A stretch of DNA of 64,000 bases from Cetorhinus maximus. Its lineage: Eukaryota. The DNA is taken from positions 28,520,001 to 28,584,000 of the forward strand of contig NC_135903.1 in NCBI RefSeq assembly GCF_964194155.1, in the 5' to 3' direction. Numbering within the stretch: position 1 is the stretch's first letter; each line of letters begins with the position of its first letter. Both the position numbers and the translations under genes were made by a program. Below are positions 12,081 through 24,935 of the stretch, in pieces. Under the pieces are notes generated by a model. It had not been told where the DNA came from and did not search any database. It worked only from the letters and a program-made list of their open reading frames with translations.

Positions 12081-13489
12081 GTAGAAACATGTCATGCCAA
12101 GCACATTAATAATACCAACATGAATATTATCCCTTTCTAGTAATTACAAGTTAATTTCTGACTGAAATTTGCTTGACTCACCCTTTTTTTTTTCAACCTT
12201 ATCAACGCTTCTACAAATGGCGCCGACTTTATGGGTCTTGGCCCTTTTCCTGGGTTTGTTAGTAACATCAAATAGCATCACCTCAGTGTAACTTTCCACC
12301 GCTAAAGTTATCGATAAATTTTCATTTTCTTGCATCTCGGTGCTTGTAAACTGCACTTGTTAAAACAGCAAAGGGCACTTGCTGGTTGTAATGTCACTGG
12401 TAATTTCTAATACCAGCAAATTAAATCTGAATGCAAGTAAAAATAGTGTGCACGTTAAAGATTCCAGAAGTTTGAAATATTTGAAGACTAGATAAGATCT
12501 GATTTCAGGCTCAAGGGACTGAATGGCCTACACCTCTTCCTATATTCTTCTATTTTCACCCGGTTTGGTATTAAAATGGTACCAATGCTGATGCATCTTG
12601 GAAAAAATAATCTCAGCTCCGTGTATTTAAGTGGGTTAGCAATCAATCCCACTCATTGATCATAAATCTGTGTTCTCTGATCTTGACAGCTATGTTCTAT
12701 TGATTTGATTTGTTTCGCTGCTGTTTCCCTGTCAACTCCTTTCTGCTGAGTCGCTCTTTTGTACCACAGTGAGGTGCTGTAACCAGGCTGAACACTAACT
12801 TACAGCTTTGAATATTTCATGGTACTTTGGCAAAAGTAGGGTTAAATCCTCGGTTTAGCCCCTGTTGTGACTATGCTGCTTTCTGATTGGAGCTTGTAAC
12901 ACATCGATATATTGTGGGTTTAGATTGGCTATTTATGTTGTAGCAAACCAATGGTAAAGCTGAGTATATGGCTTCCTCTTTTAGTCATTTCGCGATTTTA
13001 TTTTTAACCCTACTTTTACTGAATGCTTTCCCCTCCCCCCTCACCCCCCCTGCCCCTTTGACAAACCTGCCAATCTCTCATTAATAAATGCTACAGGTGA
13101 GAACAGAAATAGAAAACACAGCACTTAAAGAAAAGGAAATGCCAGCTGCAGGCACAGTCAGCAGTCAGTAGGTATGTAGCATGCAAGAGAGTCACTAAAT
13201 AGGAGATTACACAATCGAAACTTTTTAAATACTTTTACCAAGTGAAAGCAATAATCAAGGTATATTTAAAAAAAAACATTTAAAGCCTCAGGTAATCAGA
13301 ACCCATTGTTTGAAAAACACATCCAATTGTTGCCCGTCTGTTTCAAGCTTACCCTGGCCTTGGCATGGCCAAATCTTTAATGATTCAACGTAGTGCCCAG
13401 CTGCCCCCAGCACTAACTTAATATCACAGAAATGGGGCTACTGCACGTGCTTTAGAGCCAACTGACATACCTATGCTTGACTAGAATAG

Positions 13490-13790
13490 GGGAGACGGGG
13501 AAGCAGTGGTATTGTCACTGGACGAGTATTCCAGAGACCCAGTGTAATGCTCTGGGGACCCAGAAATCTGGAATTAAAAGACTAATGATGACCACAAAAC
13601 CATTGCCAATTATTGTAAAAACGCATCTGGTTCACTAATGTCCTTTGTGGAAGGAAATCTGCCATCTTCACCTGGTCTGCATGTGACTCCAGACCCAAAG
13701 CAATGTGGTTGACTCTTAGCTGCCCTCTGGCCAAGGGTAATTAGGGATAGGCAATAAATTCTGGCCTAGCCCACAACTAATAAAAAGAAG
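13490..13790 (+). mobile_element. tRNA-derived SINE with LINE-derived 3' tail (internally deleted copy)
   Basis: Colinear with 50792-51195; lacks the B-box segment; ends in the gggtaattagggataggcaataaat..ctggcctagcc tail shared with LINE copies; possible TSD agaatag. Confidence 0.8.
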
Positions 13791-14984
13791 AATAGTTGCC
13801 ATTTTGGACACATTCTTGCCCAGAGTTTCTTTTGTCTCATACTGTTCTCGCTATGGACTGCCTTTCAAAGTTTTATGTTGTTGGATATTTGATTGCATAG
13901 CCCCGGAAACAAGGTTGACCATCAAGTGATCGTGTCAGTTCATTGAAATGTTGACTCGAACCTTTAAAAAGGGCAAAACTGAATGCTGGATAGGACCGGG
14001 GCTAGTTTCATCTTGAGTTTAGATGTTCTGCTTATAAGCCATCAAAAACCTTCATAACTAACATTTCTACTCAGAAGAGACAGAAGTAAGTGGGAAAAAT
14101 TGATTTATAATTTAAAAGAAAGGCTTTTACTGTCTGACTTACACTTCGAGATTTCTTGGCAGCCTAATCGATGAATGGACTGTTATAAAAGCCTATTTCA
14201 CCTTCCTCGATGTGAGTTTCCTAACTTCTGTTTTTTTTTTAAAAAGCGCAAAATCAATAATGTAATAAAAACTGGAATGTAAACAGCACTGTCATGCAAA
14301 CTGGAAACCAGAAATGTGGGGAGGTGCAGAGCGGGTGGTTGTACCTTGTGTGATTTATGCCCAAAGCTACTTGCGCTCATGTTTTCCGAATCCTTCATGC
14401 TGGTTAAAGATTCAATTCACCCCAATCAGTCCTTGTTCATAAAACTGCACATGGCCCCTCACCCCCACCCACCAACAATTCTCCCTCTCCAAAATTGGTC
14501 AAAATTGTGACTTTTCACCAATTACACTGGTTTGAGAAGGATCTTCAAATTCCACTTGTGTTCTTCGACACTAGATTTTTTTTTTAAACATAAAAAATAT
14601 TTAATCTACTAAGAAACCAACTGGTGTGCACATAAGAACTTATGGTAAATCATTTAATTACGTCATTTCCAGTGGTTTTAAATCATGTCATTCCTCAGTA
14701 TATCATGAACTTTCTGTCAATATTTAAAAATTGGGACAAGAAAAGTATTAAAATGGTCACTGCAAATCATGTGACCTTTGGCATTGAGCTTCAGACAGTT
14801 CTAAGTCTCAAGTGAATACCCAATCAAATATGGGCATTCGCAGCCATCCGGGAAATTCACACATCCCTTTGTTTAAGGATGGATCAACACAAAAGGACTT
14901 TAGAATTCCTGTCTCCTATCAGGGGCCATAGAGGAGGTGGATAATGAGGTAATTCAGCGTGACTTAACATGGACTAATCAAGCA

Positions 14985-15399
14985 GGTTGGTGGGGGGATG
15001 GTGAGGGGGGGAAACAAGTAGGGGCAGCCATTTGCATTGAGGGGGGTGACCACCATTGGGCACAGGTTTCCCAACAGGAAGCACCCCGTGCCCCACCCCC
15101 ATCAAGCCCACAGCCAGGCTTCTCAGGTTCACCTGCTGGCTTCACTACATGGCATGGACACTCCTTTCAGCAGGAGGAGACCCTTAAGTTACCATTAATT
15201 GGCTACTTATGGGCCACAATATTCCCAAAGGGTGGGCAGCTGGACACTTCCCCCTCCGCTGGTAAAATTCTAGTGGAGTCGGCTGGGCGACAGACATGGC
15301 TGAAGCAACAGGCATGGTGCCCTCCGCCCCACCTTGCTATCCAATTTTAAAATCCCACCTCCCAGTCCGTTCTGGGGTGGGAGACATAAAATTCCAGCC
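14985..15399. mobile_element. Non-autonomous Harbinger-like DNA transposon remnant
   Basis: GC-richer island ending taaaattccagcc|taa, the same terminal motif as other GGG(C/T)(A/T)GAATTTT-ended elements here, followed by TAA; left end not resolved. Confidence 0.4.
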
Positions 15400-16407
15400 T
15401 AAAAAAACTCAGATCAAGTTAGCACTCTTAAAGACAGCAAAGGGTTTGTTTTTCTTTAATGGAAAGGGGGGAAATGAACAATTATGTTCTATTGCTCCCA
15501 ATTGTGCTGGTTCATGGAAGATTGTGTTTGTGATCAATTCAAATTAATGTGAAAATTTGAAGGCTGAACAAACCAGTGCAATTTCAAGCAGAGTTTGGAC
15601 ACACTTTACTGATTGCCCAAATAGGAAATTCTGCCCCATAATACTTTTTGAAAGCATTATTTGCGTTCAAACGTGTCAATGGTCAGGGCCCTCAAATCCC
15701 TAAGCAACACTCTGCATGCCAGATCCTTGGTGATGATGCTTGTTAGTTCGCTAATATTTTGCAGCAACGATGAGCAGCATCCGTAGTTATTCACTCCAGG
15801 AGTTTTTATTCTCAGTTCCATTTTTTACATTCCCCACTTTTCAGGAGAAGCTCTTAAAAAGAGGATGGTGGGCGCCCTGTTTTGGCCCAATGTCGCTCAA
15901 GATAGAGGGCCACAGGACGACAACCTATCTGAGAAATGAGAGTGACTGCCTGGTGAATGCAGACTCACTTGCTGATGTGACGTGTTACAGCACATTACTG
16001 CACCAACATGCTGAGCTATCCAGCTGTACTGAAAACAAATCAAATATAGCATCTTTGTTTTGTTTTAAAGAAGCCCTGCTGCTGAATTGGGCAATCCATA
16101 CATTTGCATATAGAATTCTGCCTCTGCCAGGGCATTATCCTTTACTTAAGCTTTAGTGAATATTTGCTGCCCTGTCTTATCTGTATCCACAAACGTTTTG
16201 ACATGGGCCTGTAGGAGAACCAGCTACCACTAATGAAAAGGTGACAATTGTGGCTGGCATTCAGTCTACAAAAATCTGCAGGTTTAAAATGGTGTCTTTG
16301 AAGTGGGTCTCACATTATGTACCCGCCCTACTGATTTTGGTGGCGGCTTCCTCTCTTTAACTGCTGAAATTCAGCCTCAAGACCTAATTGCTGCAGATCT
16401 TCCCAAA

Positions 16408-16523
16408 CCAATCACTGCAATCTGAATGCAGAATTTAGCCCAGGCCGAGCCGTTTGTGTACCTTGGGCATTGTAGTTCCCTGCCCAATTTTTGAGGAGAA
16501 TGTGAAGAGAACTACAAATCCCA
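16408..16523. promoter_or_regulatory. CCAAT box plus two oppositely oriented ACTACAnnnCCCA (ZNF143/THAP11-type) motifs
   Basis: ccaat 16408-16412; tgggcattgtagt 16464-16476 (minus); actacaaatccca 16511-16523 (plus). No CpG island; may lie in a MITE. Confidence 0.3.
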
Positions 16524-18374
16524 TAGTTCCATTTAAATATGACTGCTGAAGCACTAACATACGCTGCCAGCTAAAGCATCGAGTTACAGATTATAAGAAA
16601 TGGAGAACCAAACTTTTTGACTGAAGGCGCACCTGGAGAAATGTAGAAAGATGACTTATAACTGGTTTTAAAAATTAATGATTAGCATTTCAATTGAGAG
16701 GTTTCGAGAACAACTTAAACAGCGAGGCTATGTCGGTTTAGAAATTTCAGCCCCTCTATAAAATTAAATATATTGGCATAAACTCTCTGCTAGCCATTTG
16801 CTACATTCTATTATTACATCATATTTTAAAAGTAAATTTTATTATTGTACCTCAGTGGCTTTGCACAGCAGAGATCACATTATATTCTTTATTCATATTG
16901 CGTACGTAAAGTAGGGGCTACATGTGTATTGCATTATGTGCTGCTGTGTTAATTCAAATCTTACGCACTATTGTCAACACTGGACAAATCCTAGGTATAA
17001 CTTGGTTTACACCTTGAACTAGATTGCAAAAACAGAAATAAAGCTAAAAGTAGCTTCCGTTAAAACCTGATGGGCTACAGTTTTAATGACAAATTATGAG
17101 AGAAAGCAAGAGGAATCTCTGGCACAGTGCAAAGAAAGTAGTGGATCAGAATCTCCCTGTGAAACTATTTGCAAGAAAATTGGGAGTTCTGCCATATGTC
17201 CCAGTAAAAGTATTGAAAGAACATTTCAGTTCAAGCTGCTGTTCAAGGCCTTCTGTGCTATATGTGCGCTAATCAATTAGAAGCTGAATTTTGGGAAAGC
17301 CCTGCCATATGGCAGAAGTGCTGTGTTATCGTGTGTTGCTTTTTTTTTCAGGAGACAGTTTCCAATTGCAAACAGCACTTAATGCATTGGTGACCAAAGA
17401 CTGACTAATATAGCAAATCTCTCAATTGGTGGTTTGGAAGTATTTGGTAGAGCTGTCCCTGTGTCAGCCTTGAATAAACAGTATTCCTCAGTTATAGCTC
17501 CCACTCCTCATGAAGTGTAGATGATGAAGATGGAGCCTCTTCAGCCAACCTCAAATCAATTTTGGGTGCTGTAGAAAATTGGGTACCAGACATCTAAAAT
17601 TAGTCACCCTCTGTATCCCTGACCAATCGTGGAACAAACCGCAATCTGGCTTCTGAAAAACACTGCTTAAAGGCCGACACCATCTCAGTTTCCTGAGTTA
17701 CCTTCTGTCTGGACCTTTGGCCGGTTTTACCCCCTCTCCAGCTCACTGCTCCTCCAGTTACCTAACTCACCACACAGATAAATGTCTGAGTCTGGAAGCT
17801 TTCTTCCCATACAGGCCAGTGACACACCGAATGCTGCATGCACCTGTTTCTATGCTGCAGAGATCTGGGAGAAGCAAAATTTGATCCAAGAAAGGGAAAG
17901 AAAAATTTGAAGTTTGCCACACAATGAAGGTCTTAAGTAATTAGCTAATCAGATGGAAGTCTTTTTCACAACTTTGTGCTACAGTCACATTGGGAAATCA
18001 CTATTCATAGTCCACATTTTAAAAGACTTGGGGAAGGGGATTCATTCTACCTACGTTTGGGCATTTGTACCTTGCTTATATACAATGCACGTGTCTTGAT
18101 TTGATGAGGGGTGGGGGGTGAGGGAAAGGGAAAGTAAAGTAGCTCAAGGTCACTCCAGGCATCATTGTTTGGCCAGTAATAAAAAGCAATCGAAAGCATA
18201 TCGGGGCTGGTTGCGTGCTCCAAAGAATACAGTAAGGACGGTTCTATGGTGTCGAGGGTGTGCTCAGTCAGTATGTGTGATATAGTGGTTATGTCAGCAA
18301 TGCCAGTAATATACAAAATGTGTCAGGCCTGGTAATTTGGAGGGTTTGTTCAAGGCCAGTAATATGATATGAAA

Positions 18375-18705
18375 TAAGTCCTTGGGCAGCATCTTCCAAA
18401 CCCACGACCGCCGCCATCCAGAAGGACAAGGGTAGCAAACACATGGGAACACTGCCACCTGGAAGTTCCCCTCCAAGTCACTCACCATCCTGACTTGGAA
18501 ATATATTGCCGTTCCTTCACTGTCGCTGGGTCAAAATCCTGGTGCTCCTTTCCTAATAACACTGTGGATGTACCTACACCACATGTACTGCAGTGGTTCA
18601 AGAAGGCAGCTCACCACCACCTTCTCAAGGGAAATTAGGGATGGGCAATAAATGCTGGCCTAACCAGCGATGCCCACATCCCATAAAAATGAATTTTTAA
18701 AAAAA
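18375..18705 (+). mobile_element. CR1/L2-group LINE 3' end (family with ..KKAAHHHLLKG* end)
   Basis: Colinear with 57135-57669; ends gggatgggcaataaatgctggcc..cagcgatgcccacatccca plus A-tail. Confidence 0.85.
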
Positions 18706-19157
18706 CGACAGCAGCAGCATTGTGACCCAAGGAGTATGAGACTGCTGGAATTAAGATGAGATAAAATTACAGAAATGCAAATGTCATTTTAGCCCAATGA
18801 GCCCGGGCTGCAGATAACTTTACGCTGAAGCTATTACCTCTAGTCTCAGTCTCCCGCTCTTTGACCAGGAGAATGAGACCAGAATGAAAAGCTTCAGTGT
18901 GAAGCCTGCTGTGGCTTTGTATTTTCCCCAGCTTCTCTTATTATTGAGTTGGCCTGCATAGTATTAGATTTTGTTGTTTAATAAGACTTTGATGTGAAAA
19001 AATCTATCAGCTTATCTCTTTGTTTCAGAAGGTCTGTGTGATATAAATGGCAGTGTGGTAGGAGGATATGTATATCTGCTAAAAATCACAAAAACCGACC
19101 AACTATTTCAAAAAAACTTTAACTGAGAAACAGCCAACAGCAACATACATTTATACT

Positions 19158-20055
19158 GTACAGAATCACACAGTGCAGAAGAGGCCCTTTGGCCCATCGA
19201 GTCTGCACCGACACGTGAGAAACACCTGACCTACCTATCTAACCCCATTTACCAGCACTTGGCCCATAGCCTTGAATGTTATGATGTGCTAAGTGCTCAT
19301 CCAGGTACTTTTTAAAGGATGTGAGGCAACCCGCCTCCACCACCCTCCCAGGCAGCGCATTCCAGACCAGCACCACCCTCTGGGTAAAAAAGTTTTTCCT
19401 CCCATCCCCCCTAAACCTCCTGCCCCTCACCTTGAACTTATATCCCCTCCTAACTGACCCTTCAACTAAGGGGAACAGCTGCTCCCTATCCACCCTGTCC
19501 GTGCCCCTCATAATCTTGTACACTTCGATCAGGTCGCCCCTCAGTCTTCTCTTCTCCAACGAAAACAACCCAAGTCTATCCAACCTCTCTTCATAACTTA
19601 AATGCTTCATCCCAGGCAACATCCTGATGAATCTCCTCTGCACCCGCTCCAGTGCAATCACATCCTTCCTATAATGTGGCTACCAGAACTGCACACAGTA
19701 CTCCAGCTGTGGCCTCACTAAGGTTCTATACAACACCAACATGACCTCCCTACTTTTGTAATCTATGGCTCGATTGATAAAGGCAAGTGTCCCATATGCC
19801 TTTTTCACCACCCCACTAACATCCCCCTCCCCTTCAGAGATCTATGGACACACACGCCAAGGTCTCTTTGTTCCTCAGAACTTCCTAGTGTCATGCCATT
19901 CATTGAATACTTCCTTGTCAAATTACTCCTTCCAAAGTGTATCACCTCACACTTTTCAGGGTTAAATTCCATCTGCCACTTATCTGCCCATTTGACTATC
20001 CTGTCTATAGCTTCCTGTAGCCCAAGACACTCAACCTCACTGTTAACCACCCGCC
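19158..20055 (-). mobile_element. CR1 LINE 3' fragment, relatively young
   Basis: Open 140-aa ORF 19239-19661 ([57 protein letters not shown]); upstream WADKWQMEFNPEKCEVIHFG. Confidence 0.95.
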
Positions 20056-20440
20056 AATACCAGACGTTAGTCAGCATGGCATCTGGGTAGCCAAAGACAT
20101 AGTCGTCAATAGTGGGTGAAGACATGTTGGGGGCACATAATCAAGATACCTGATTCAAAGGAATGGCCAATTTGAGGGGGGGGGGGGGGGGGGGTGTGGT
20201 TTGTAGAGTTAGAGGAAGTTACGAAGATAGGGAGGGGTGTAGCCATGAAGGGATTTAAACCCAGGACTGACAATTTTAAATTTGAGGCATTGTAGGACCT
20301 GGAGGCACATACCCGCCCAGCGAGGGCAGAAGCATTGGCCGAGGTGGCTGGAAGGGAAGAGTTGTGGCAGGAGTGGTGTGATCGGTGGCAGGGGGTTGGC
20401 ACCCGTGAACAAGGGGTGGTGGGAGCTGCCTGCTTTCATT
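20056..20440 (-). mobile_element. L2-clade LINE 3' fragment (tail displaced to ~19132-19157 by the CR1)
   Basis: ORF 20209-20439 ITPLLPQL...LKFKIVSPGFKSLHGYTPPYLRNFL matches the L2 HITP.L..LHWLP..KFKI...FK.LHG..P.YL motif; caacagcaacatacatttatac at ~19137 is an L2-type tail. Confidence 0.65.
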
Positions 20441-20459
20441 TGATGCGGGGTCAGAACAA

Positions 20460-21600
20460 ACAGTAATGTGATTTACATTTTATCATGATTGGCATTGTAA
20501 TCTGCATAATTTGTTATTACAAATAATGTTTCATAAGCAAAGTTGGGCTGGCAATGTGATACAAAGGATGTGTTTTAGCTGGGGTTGTAAGCTGTGTGAT
20601 TTGTAAGGTACACCAGGGCCATCTTTGTGATACAGAGGGAATGTTGGGGCCAATAATGTGATGTAAAATAAGTTTAGGTTGGTAATGTGATGTAAAAGAT
20701 ATGCCATGGCTGTCAGTATGAAATAAAGGCTGAAACAGTTTGGCAAATTAATATAAAACATGCATCAGGCCGGTGTGTTTTTGGATTCGAAGGTGAACAA
20801 GTATGTTGGAGCTAACAGTGTGATATAAAGGGTATATCATAGACAATAGTGTGATGAAGGGACTCCAAGTCCAGCTTTGTGATATCGATGGCAGTCAGGG
20901 TCTGTAACTTTATCTCATTGGACAGGCAGGATGATAATGCCAGAGCCAGAATAGTGATACGCGGCATATGTATTGTTGAAGATATGATGCAAAAAAAAGT
21001 GTCAGGGACATGAACGCTTTGCAACTAATTATCAAGGTTTGTTGTGTAATATAACCAGTATGTCACAGAGGGCAATGTGATGCAAAGGGCATGTTGGAAT
21101 TTGTAATGTAAAGTATCTGGCAGTGTGACAAAATGAATATGCCAGAGCGGGCTCGCTGATGTCCAGGGTGCATCAGATTCTTTTAATGCAATATAGGTGG
21201 TTTGTCAGGGATATCTGTGTGATTGTAGATGGTTTGTCAGGGGCGTCGATGTGATAAGGTGGCTTCTCAGGGTCATCAGTGTGATGTAGACAAAAGATCA
21301 AGACCTCAAATGTGATGTAGAGGATATGGGCCCAGCAATGTATTTAGAGAGTAGATAGAGTGTAGTGTGAAATTGGGGATTGCATTGGTATTAACTAATG
21401 CTGGACACGTTATGTTAGAATCAGCAGTGTGATTTCAAGTATGAGAGTCAGCTGTGTGATATAAAGTCTGTCTGCCTGAGCAATGTGATAATATGTCAGA
21501 GCCAGTAAAATGACCTAAAGTGTTTCAGGACTGGAAAGGTTATGACCACGCTAACTGTGAGATACAGAATGTATATTTGTTATTGATGTGTAAGGTCTGC
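20460..21600. repeat. Highly degenerate ~31-bp tandem array (further units at ~18160-18375 and 19030-19075)
   Basis: TGTGAT cores or variants at 20595, 20626, 20657, 20686, 20717, 20819, 20850, 20878, 21187, 21218, 21250, 21280, 21311; approximate unit cagtgtgatataaagggtatgtcagggcca. Confidence 0.75.
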
Positions 21601-21639
21601 CTTGCATGGTTCAGGGGGTGGGAGCGGGGGTGGATTCCA

Positions 21640-21810
21640 AATCAGGAGTAGAATTCTTGACAGATAATTTCCTTCTCCTTAGCTCAGGGGAACTGATACC
21701 AACTGTAGCACATTTACTAGGTCCTGACTTGGCACTGAGCCCAAGATCTTTTTAGCATGTATGTCTCTATTCCACAATATCCAGCACACTTATCTGAGCC
21801 ATCAAGGAAT
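21640..21810 (-). mobile_element. Ancient tRNA-derived SINE fragment
   Basis: Reverse complement starts ccttgatggctcag (A-box-like); body resembles 62870-63240 and 32980-33150. Confidence 0.4.
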
Positions 21811-22789
21811 CTCTCAGAGCCTTTTAGAAGGGGAACCTTGATATTATCAAGAAATTGTAACATAACTTCCACTGTTGTACAACACATTCCCAAACAGATT
21901 CACAGAATCCCACTGCCTTGCTAGCAACTTAACAGAAGCAACATTGTATATTTAGACTTAAAGCCAGACTGACATAAGTGTGAAATATTGATCCAAGTCT
22001 GGAAATATGTCAGGAGCAACACAATCAAAATCATATAAAAGAGTGTTAGACTTATGAGAGCTTAGATTCATCATGCAGAGCGGAAATAGAATTAAACACA
22101 TCTGTCACACGAGTGAACCTTCCCTATTCATGAATTAAAACCAGTAGTTGACCATTATGAGTGCAATATAGAAACTAACAAATCGGGGCATTTCTCAGTA
22201 AATCACAGGGTTTATAAGAAGAGGGCATTATGCCATATGCTATTACTAGCAACACTGCTCCAACAGCACTGGGATGAACCTAGGAGTACTGGGGAGAAGT
22301 CTCAGGGCCAAAACATTTGAGGGGATCTAGGAGTGTAAGAGAGGGGTACCACAGTTCCAGGAACGCATACTAAGATGTAGAATGATTGGAGGAGGATTCC
22401 GTGATGTGGAGACATTGAGGAGAGAGATCTCATGATCTAGTAACATGAGGGCAGTTCTGGAATCAATGGACATTGGGAATCTACTTTAGGTGTTTGTGAG
22501 CATTGAGAGGAGGTCCCAGGATCTGGAAATGGGGGTGAGGAGAGGAGGAGATGGGATTCTGGGGTCCAGCAAGACTCAGGAATGAGTTTTGAAATATTAA
22601 GGGGCCAGATTCTCGCAGTACTGGGGGAGGTGGTGTCTCACGGTATTGGGAGAACCAGGGTCTTACTGCATTGTGGAGTGGGGAACCCAGAATAAATGGA
22701 ACAACTGGTTCCTTTTGAAACATGATACTCCAATCTCCTACCATGTCCCAGCCTGTCAGCTCATTTCACAACACAGCTTCTCAAGCTCT

Positions 22790-23125
22790 TTTTTTATTCA
22801 TTCTTGTGTTCTGAGCATCACTGGCAATTGGGCCAGCATTTATTGCCTATGCCTAATTGCCCTCACTGCCACCACCTTGAATTGCTGCAGTTCATGTGAT
22901 ATACTGACAGTGCTGTTAGGGGGTAGTTCCAGGATTTGGACCCAGTGACAGGAATGGTGATACATTTCCAAGTCAAGATGGTGTGTTGGCTTGGAGGGGA
23001 ATTTCACATGCCGCTTATGGTGGTGTTCCCATGCGTCTCCTGTGCATGTTCTTCTTGGGTTGCTGCAGTGCATCTTGTAAATGGCACACTCTGCTGCCAC
23101 TGTGTGCTGATGGTGGAGGGGATGC
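22790..23125 (-). mobile_element. CR1/L2-group LINE 3' end
   Basis: ORF 22840-23154 LHHQHTVAAECAIYKMHCSNP..WEHHH..HHLDLE..; T-run at 22790; same family as 18375 and 57135. Confidence 0.85.
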
Positions 23126-23869
23126 TGGCTGCTCAGTGCCCTCAGACTCTTCACATCACTTTCTCATCATCAGCTGAATTCTGTCTTCATGTTTCTGCCT
23201 TAAAGCATTCAAGTGTAAATTTTCTGCAACTTAAAATTAATGGATGAAAAATCACAGGCTGAGTGCACAATTTTCTGATATGTATTTCTAGGGTGTACAT
23301 ACTAATAACTAGGTTAATGCCAAGAATATGTTAGCAGACAGAGGAATGGCATATTAAAGTGAAATGTTCATTTAATATCATAAACAGTAATTTCTAGCCT
23401 TCCTTTGACAGCTCCCTTTATTGGATACAGTGACTGGAGCAGATATATTACAGAATATACATAAATTCTGTTGTAATCAATTCCAGTAACTCCGTTAAGT
23501 ATTTATGAATAATATAGAAACATAAATACAGAGCATAGATTCTATTTCCATATCTCAGTTTTTCTGTGTAACACATTTAACAACTTTTTGTTTGTATTTG
23601 AGTCCTGTTTTTTCTGTATAATTTTCTGTTTTTACCAAAATACGAATTTGGTGTAGAGATAGTGTCCCAGACTTTTTGTGGTATTTCAATTGTGTGTTTA
23701 AGAAAAAATGATTCCCTCAGTCTTATCCTACTACAGCCCTGTTTCTAACTTCAGCATCCCCTAAGATCCTTGGATGAATCATCAGTATCCAGTGCCATTG
23801 CCAGTCTTTGTTGCAATTTCCTGCTCTAATCCCTTCAGTCTAGTTCCTACCCTGCCTACCACACTGAAA

Positions 23870-24935
23870 ATGCTGTGGTTTAAGTCCTGGGTGATTACAA
23901 CTGTGATCTTGCCCTCATTCACCTCTCTAATATCTTTGATACAGTTGACCACGTCTATTACTTTTTCTTTATATGCAGCTCCATGGCAGTACTCTTTCGT
24001 CCCTGGCCCTTTTTAAGTAGCACATCTTCTGTAATAGCTTCTGTCCTCACATCCAGAAGATCACTTCAAGTGTCTGACATATTCAATCATTTGCCCTCTT
24101 CTTTTCCTTTACACCCTGCCTCTTGGTATAAGCAGTGCCAATATCCAGCTTTATTTCTCCATGACCTCCCTCAACTCCATGAATATTGCTGTGTTATCTG
24201 GCTGCCTGTAAACTTCAAGCGTCAAGGATGGTGCAAAACCTTTTTTAGGCTCAGCCGGAGCTATCCGGTTTGATTCTTGATGGAAACTCCCTATCCTCAC
24301 TTCTAATTCCATCTCTCCATCTCAGTTACTCAATAAGTTTGATTTCAATCGTGAAAAAACTCCGTCCTGAGCTGAATTTCAAAACTGCACAGCCGACTAT
24401 TAAGACCACTTACATCCATTTTTCAAACACTGGTCACCAGTGCACCACCTCACTTTCAACACTGTTAAAACCTTCTTCAGCTTAAAGCTTGACGTTTTTG
24501 GTGCCTTCCTAGCTGACTTTCCAAACTCCACCCTAAACAAACTCCATACCATTCTAATTTCTGCTGCCCACACCTTATACAAGCTCTGTTCGCCATCCTC
24601 CAAATCTTGCTGACTTCCACTCACCATTCTCCTGTGCCTGATTTCAAAATTAACTTATCGCATGCACTCTTCTCTCCACATCCCCCCCTCCCTGAACTCC
24701 TGCACCAGTGACACAGTCTTCTGCTATCATGTCCGTCACTCTGAAATTCTCCTAAATTTATTAGCTCCACCTCTCTCCACCTTCAAAACCTCCTTCGAAA
24801 CTAACTTTTTGCTTGCATCTTTGGCTATGTGCACTCACCTCTTCTGTATTCCAGTTCATTTTCTAATGCATCTGTGTGTGAAGCAGTTTGGGATCTTTGA
24901 GAGCGTGTTAAAGGTGCTTTAAGCTGTAATTATTG
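23870..24935 (+). mobile_element. Old L2-clade LINE, RT to 3' end, heavily decayed
   Basis: tttgatacagttgaccac (FDTVDH); caaactccataccattctaatttctgctgcc (KL..I.N.AA); tttcaaaatt (FKI); tail tgtgaagcagtttgggatc..gttaaaggtgct. Confidence 0.7.

Noticed and set aside
20460-21600. CRISPR-like alternation of a constant core and variable sequence
   Set aside because: The constant part is only ~6 bp, the intervening sequences resemble each other, there are no cas genes and the context is a vertebrate genome.
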